From positions 288,001-352,000 of the forward strand of contig CAVWFS010000018.1 of the NCBI GenBank assembly GCA_963754315.1: a DNA stretch of 64,000 nt, read 5' to 3'. Positions 59,939 through 64,000 of the stretch are shown here, in pieces (position 1 is the stretch's first letter; each line of letters opens with the position of its first letter). The stretch comes from an uncultured Candidatus Rokubacteria bacterium. Lineage in GTDB: Bacteria; Methylomirabilota; Methylomirabilia; Rokubacteriales; CSP1-6. The notes beneath the pieces are model-generated. The model was not told the DNA's origin. It saw only the letters and a program-made list of their open reading frames with translations, and ran no database searches. The translations under genes were made by a program, and so were the position numbers.

Positions 59939-61192
59939 TTACGTTGCCGCAAGCGGGGAGCTGGCGCCGACTTCGGCCTCGATGCGCTCCACGTTGACAA
60001 GCGGAACCAGGGCCCACGCCAGCGCGGTCATCACCGCTGAAATCAGAATGAGCGGGGTGTAGCCGACCCAGTCGTAGAGGCGTCCCCCCACATTCTGCGA
60101 GAGCTGGGTACCTCCGTTGGAGATCGACATGAGGAGCGCAAAGAACGTGCCTTCCACGTGGCGGGGGCAGACCTTGGCGGCGAGGTCGAGAAAGGCAAGC
60201 TGCGTGAGCATCGAGACGAAGCCTCCCACCAGGTCGATGGCGATTGCCGATGCTGGCCCCTGATATCCGAGATAGGCGAGCATGCTCACGACGCTCGCGC
60301 CGATGGTTCCCCCGATGATCGGCCGGAGCCGATGGCGTCGGGAAAGGGGCGCGTACGTGACGGCGCCCAGGATGGCCCCCACCGAGGCCAGCGAAGCGAG
60401 GACCCCAATGAACTCCTGGCTGAAATGGAGGACGTCGGTCTGGTAGTAGAGAAACGCCGGTCCTAAGGATGGGCTGAAGTTGAAGAAGAAGATGAAGCCG
60501 CCCACGAGCCAGATCTCGCGGCGCCTGGAGCTCTCCTGGATGACCTGCCACCTGGCACGAAAGGCGGACCGATCGCCCGGTGCTCGCGGCTCTCGGATGA
60601 ACACGAGCGCCATGATCAGCGAGAGGAGCGGGAAGCCGGCAGCGCAGGCGAAGGCTACGTCGAGGCGTCGCCCTCCTGCCAGGTACCCGCCCCCGATGCC
60701 AACCAGGAGCGACGCAAGGTAGATGGCCGCCCACTGCACGGCCTGGAGGGCGCCCGTCAGACCGCGTGGCCGCCCATGCTCCACCATGAGGGCGTCGGTG
60801 AGGACGTCGGTGAAGGCAAGTCCCAGCCCCATGAGCGCCACGAGCAGGGCGGTGGGCCAGTACGCATGCTCGCGCATCAGGGCAAGCGCGAAGCCGGCTG
60901 CTGCGGCGAGGGAGGTGGTCAGCAGAAAGTAGCTCAGGCGTCGTCGGCCGCAGAGCGGCACGAAGTCCGACAGGAGCCCGTAGGCGGGCTTGATCAGCCA
61001 GGGGATGGTCGTGATCAGGAAGAAATCGGCGACCTGGCCTGCTGATAGACCCCGGTCCTTGAAGACGATGGTCAAGGCCTGGGTGGGCAGATACCACATG
61101 CCCTGCGCGAAGTACACGACACCGAAGAGGAGGGCCAGTCGCCTCCCGTCTGGTGTCGTGAAGGGGTTGAGCCGGACGAGGGTGGCGAGCAC
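59939..61192 (-). CDS. MFS transporter, folate-biopterin (BT1)-like
   Basis: VYFAQG, IPWLIKPAYGLLSD..P..G.RR..Y, DVLTDALMVE, EGTFFALLMS. Confidence 0.85.
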   Translation of the reverse strand: MLATLVRLNPFTTPDGRRLALLFGVVYFAQGMWYLPTQALTIVFKDRGLSAGQVADFFLITTIPWLIKPAYGLLSDFVPLCGRRRLSYFLLTTSLAAAAGFALALMREHAYWPTALLVALMGLGLAFTDVLTDALMVEHGRPRGLTGALQAVQWAAIYLASLLVGIGGGYLAGGRRLDVAFACAAGFPLLSLIMALVFIREPRAPGDRSAFRARWQVIQESSRRREIWLVGGFIFFFNFSPSLGPAFLYYQTDVLHFSQEFIGVLASLASVGAILGAVTYAPLSRRHRLRPIIGGTIGASVVSMLAYLGYQGPASAIAIDLVGGFVSMLTQLAFLDLAAKVCPRHVEGTFFALLMSISNGGTQLSQNVGGRLYDWVGYTPLILISAVMTALAWALVPLVNVERIEAEVGASSPLAAT

Positions 61193-61220
61193 TGGGCGGC
61201 ATGATACCGTAGACGGCGCC

Positions 61221-63266
61221 ATGCGCTCGGTGTGTCCACACGACTGCCCTTCGGCCTGTGGCCTCCTGGTGTCCGTGCAGAACGGACGGCTGACCGACGT
61301 CACCGGTGACCCCGCGCATCCGTTCACACAAGGGGTCATCTGTGGCAAAGTCCGCGCCTATGTCGAACGCGCCCACTCGCCTCTGCGCGTGCTCACGCCA
61401 CTTCGTCGGGTCGGACCGAAGGGGTCTGGTCGCTTCGAATCGATCTCGTGGGCCGACGCTCTTACCGAGATCGTCGCTCGCTGGCGCTCGATCATCGCCG
61501 AGGACGGCCCGGAAGCGATCCTGCCGTACTCCTACGCCGGCACCATGGGACATGTTCAGTACCATGCCGGCCATCCCTTGTTTCACGCACTGGGGGCCAG
61601 CCGACTCGCTCGGACGATCTGCGTGTCCACGGCTTACGCGGGCTGGCGCGCCACCGTGGGAACCCTCACCGGCAACGACTCCGAGCAGATGGTGGGCGCC
61701 GATCTGGTCGTCCTCTGGGGGATTAATGCGGCATACTCCTCGATCAATGTGATGACGCTGGTCAAGCAGGCGCGTGGGCGGGGGGCCTGGGTGGTCGCGG
61801 TCGATCCCTACCGAAACTCGACCGTCCGGCAGGCTGACGAGCATCTGATGGTCCGTCCGGGGACCGATTCGGCGCTGGCCCTGGCCATCATGCACGTGCT
61901 GATCGAGGAGGGGCTTGTCGATCAGGAGTACGTCGCGCGGGCCACCCTGGGCTACGATCGCTTGGCCGCTCACGTGCGAGGCTACGCGCCGGCGGCGGTG
62001 GCCGACATCGTCGGCTTGCCGACGGAGACGATCGTGCGCTTCGCGCGCCGCTACGGAGCGAGCCCGCGTTCGTTCATCCGGATCGGCATCGGACTGTCCC
62101 GGCACGACAACGGCGGGATGACCTGCCGAACCCTCGCCTGCCTGCCAGCCCTCACCGGCGCCTACGCCGATCCACACGGGGGCGCCTTGCTCTCATCCAG
62201 CCAGGCCTTCGATTTCAGCATGCGGCTTCTGGAGCGGCCCGACCTCCTGCGGCGACCGGCGCCGAGGGTGATCAACATGATCCACCTCGGACGCGTCCTC
62301 ACCGATCAGGCGCTGACCCCGCCCGTCCGGGCGCTCTACGTCTACAATTCGAATCCGGCTGCCGTCTGCCCTCATCAATCCCTGGTCATGCAGGGACTGG
62401 CCCGGGATGACCTCTTCACGGTCGTCCACGAGCAGATCATGACCGACACGGCCCGACACGCCGATCTCGTATTGCCGGCCACGACCGACCTGGAACACGT
62501 GGACCTCTATGGGTCCTATGGACACCTGTATGTCCAGCTCGCGGAGCCGGTCATGCCGCCCGCCGGCGAAGCGCGCTCGAACTGGGAGGTGTTCCGGGCC
62601 CTGGCCGGCGCCCTCGGGGTGGCCGAGGAGCACTACGCACGGACCGAGGAGCAGTTCATCCGGGAGATCCTGGCCAGCGGTGGTCCGGCCACCCGTGACA
62701 TCACGTGGGAGGGGCTTCGTGAGGCGGGATTCGTGCGGCTGAACGTGCCGCGGCCCTATGTGCCTTTTGCTGATGGCGCCCCTACCCCGTCCGGGAAGGT
62801 TGAATTCTACTCGGAGCGTCTCATGCGAGCGGGCCTTCCGCCCCTGCCGACCTACGTGCCTCTGAGGGAGGGGCCTGACAATCCAGAGCTGGCGGGGCGC
62901 TACCCCCTGCAGTGTATTGTGCCTCCCAACCGCTTCTTCCTGAACTCATCGTTCAGCCAGTCCACGCGTCTCAGGTCGCGCCAGCGGGGAGCGGACGTTC
63001 TCGTGGCGCCGGCCGACGCCGCCCGCCGAGCGATCGGCGAGGGCGACGAAGTCCGTGTGTTCAATGGCCGGGGAGAAGCGCGATTCCGGGCACGCATCAC
63101 CGAGGACACACGACCCGGCGTGATCGTGATCGAGGGGGTATGGTGGCATCGCTTCCAGCCGGGCAGTCGCAACGTCAACGTCCTCACCAGCGATCGCGTT
63201 GTTGACATGGGCGGCGGACCTGCCTTTCACTCGAACCTCGTGGAGATCGAAAGGGTGCCGGCATGA
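61221..63266 (+). CDS. molybdopterin (bis-MGD) oxidoreductase family protein
   Basis: CPHDCPSAC...C 4Fe-4S motif, YAGTMG, TIC (Cys ligand), RPGTDSALA, SNPA, DLVLPAT, C-terminal Mo-binding domain. Confidence 0.92.
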   Translation: MRSVCPHDCPSACGLLVSVQNGRLTDVTGDPAHPFTQGVICGKVRAYVERAHSPLRVLTPLRRVGPKGSGRFESISWADALTEIVARWRSIIAEDGPEAILPYSYAGTMGHVQYHAGHPLFHALGASRLARTICVSTAYAGWRATVGTLTGNDSEQMVGADLVVLWGINAAYSSINVMTLVKQARGRGAWVVAVDPYRNSTVRQADEHLMVRPGTDSALALAIMHVLIEEGLVDQEYVARATLGYDRLAAHVRGYAPAAVADIVGLPTETIVRFARRYGASPRSFIRIGIGLSRHDNGGMTCRTLACLPALTGAYADPHGGALLSSSQAFDFSMRLLERPDLLRRPAPRVINMIHLGRVLTDQALTPPVRALYVYNSNPAAVCPHQSLVMQGLARDDLFTVVHEQIMTDTARHADLVLPATTDLEHVDLYGSYGHLYVQLAEPVMPPAGEARSNWEVFRALAGALGVAEEHYARTEEQFIREILASGGPATRDITWEGLREAGFVRLNVPRPYVPFADGAPTPSGKVEFYSERLMRAGLPPLPTYVPLREGPDNPELAGRYPLQCIVPPNRFFLNSSFSQSTRLRSRQRGADVLVAPADAARRAIGEGDEVRVFNGRGEARFRARITEDTRPGVIVIEGVWWHRFQPGSRNVNVLTSDRVVDMGGGPAFHSNLVEIERVPA

Positions 63267-64000
63267 GCGTGGCGCGGGCGGGTGTTCCCCTCGTCCAGGT
63301 CGACGCGTTCACCGGCGCCCCATTCGGGGGCAACCCGGCCGCGGTGTGCCTGCTGACGGGCCCGGCGGACGAGGCCTGGATGCAAGACGTGGCGCGCGAG
63401 ATGAACCTCTCGGAAACGGCGTTCCTCTATCCCGAGGGGGCCGGATACCGGCTACGGTGGTTCACGCCCACGGTGGAGGTGGACCTCTGCGGCCATGCCA
63501 CCTTGGCCAGCGCCCACGTTCTCTGGGAGAGCGGCCGCGTTGGGCCCGAAACCCGCATCGACTTTCAGACCAAGAGCGGATGGCTGTCGGCAGAGCGCCA
63601 GGACGGGTGGATCGAGCTCGACTTTCCCGCCAAGCCGGTGGAGCCGGTGGCGGCGCCACCCGATCTCCTCCCTGCGCTTGGAGTCCCCGCGCGCTTCGTG
63701 GGGCGCAATCGTCTCGACTATCTGGTGGAGGTAGAGGGCGAGTCGGCCGTGCGCGCGCTCCGGCCGGATCTGACTCGGCTGGCGTCGCTCCCGGTGCGGG
63801 GGGTGATGGTCACAAGCGCCGCGGACGATTCCCGATATGATTTCGTCTCTCGGTTCTTTGCGCCCGGCTCCGGTATCGTGGAGGACCCGGTGACCGGTTC
63901 GGCGCATTGCGCGTTGGGCCCCTACTGGATGCCGAGGCTGGGAAAGGAACAGCTCCTCGGCTACCAGGCCTCGGCGCGGGGAGGGACCGTGCGTGTTCGC
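63263..64000 (+). CDS. PhzF-family isomerase (truncated by the window end)
   Basis: Not in the track. VDAFT..PFGGNPAAV, EMNLSETAF, EVDLCGHATLASA, SRFFAP..GIVEDPVTGSAHC. Confidence 0.93.
   Translation, partial: MSVARAGVPLVQVDAFTGAPFGGNPAAVCLLTGPADEAWMQDVAREMNLSETAFLYPEGAGYRLRWFTPTVEVDLCGHATLASAHVLWESGRVGPETRIDFQTKSGWLSAERQDGWIELDFPAKPVEPVAAPPDLLPALGVPARFVGRNRLDYLVEVEGESAVRALRPDLTRLASLPVRGVMVTSAADDSRYDFVSRFFAPGSGIVEDPVTGSAHCALGPYWMPRLGKEQLLGYQASARGGTVRVR

Noticed and set aside
59871..62177. Long alternative-frame or antisense ORFs (e.g. 768 aa here; also 13662-15314, 33181-34578, 7374-8666, 37369-38550)
   Set aside because: They overlap well-supported genes, are Arg/Gly/Pro-rich without motifs, and are expected shadows in high-GC DNA.
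61221..63266. Selenocysteine formate-dehydrogenase-type enzyme
   Set aside because: No in-frame TGA; the ligand position is Cys (TIC).

Overview
High-GC bacterial chromosomal window, densely coding, with about 55 genes. There are no rRNA, tRNA, CRISPR, integrase or transposase signals. Gene content and style (family-5 ABC binding protein, CoA-transferase, many SDRs and beta-hydroxyacid dehydrogenases, GC-rich palindromic intergenic repeats) suggest a soil bacterium such as Ca. Rokubacteria/Methylomirabilota; this is inference only. The main blocks are: acs; fhs-folD; a split Fe-S hydro-lyase; a coupled GT2/SDR/TPR/methyltransferase operon; a thioredoxin-sensor kinase-regulator-msrPQ cluster; ettA; an imuA-imuB-dnaE2 SOS mutagenesis cassette; a peptide-type ABC transporter without an ATPase; gluconate genes; a three-subunit aldehyde oxidoreductase (AOR family); glxR; mce; malate synthase; and a molybdopterin oxidoreductase. 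The most notable signals are missed by the ORF track. Two genes are split by an in-frame TGA at a catalytic Cys position (U-x-x-C), each followed by a SECIS-like hairpin. One is an exported seleno-thioredoxin heading the kinase/regulator/msrPQ cluster. The other is a UGSC-motif selenoprotein resembling the GrdB/PrdB active-site region, heading a translationally coupled operon with an uncharacterised partner, mmsB and an amidohydrolase. A candidate lineage-specific LexA box, REP-like repeats and several frameshift-rich patches (probably consensus errors) are also visible.
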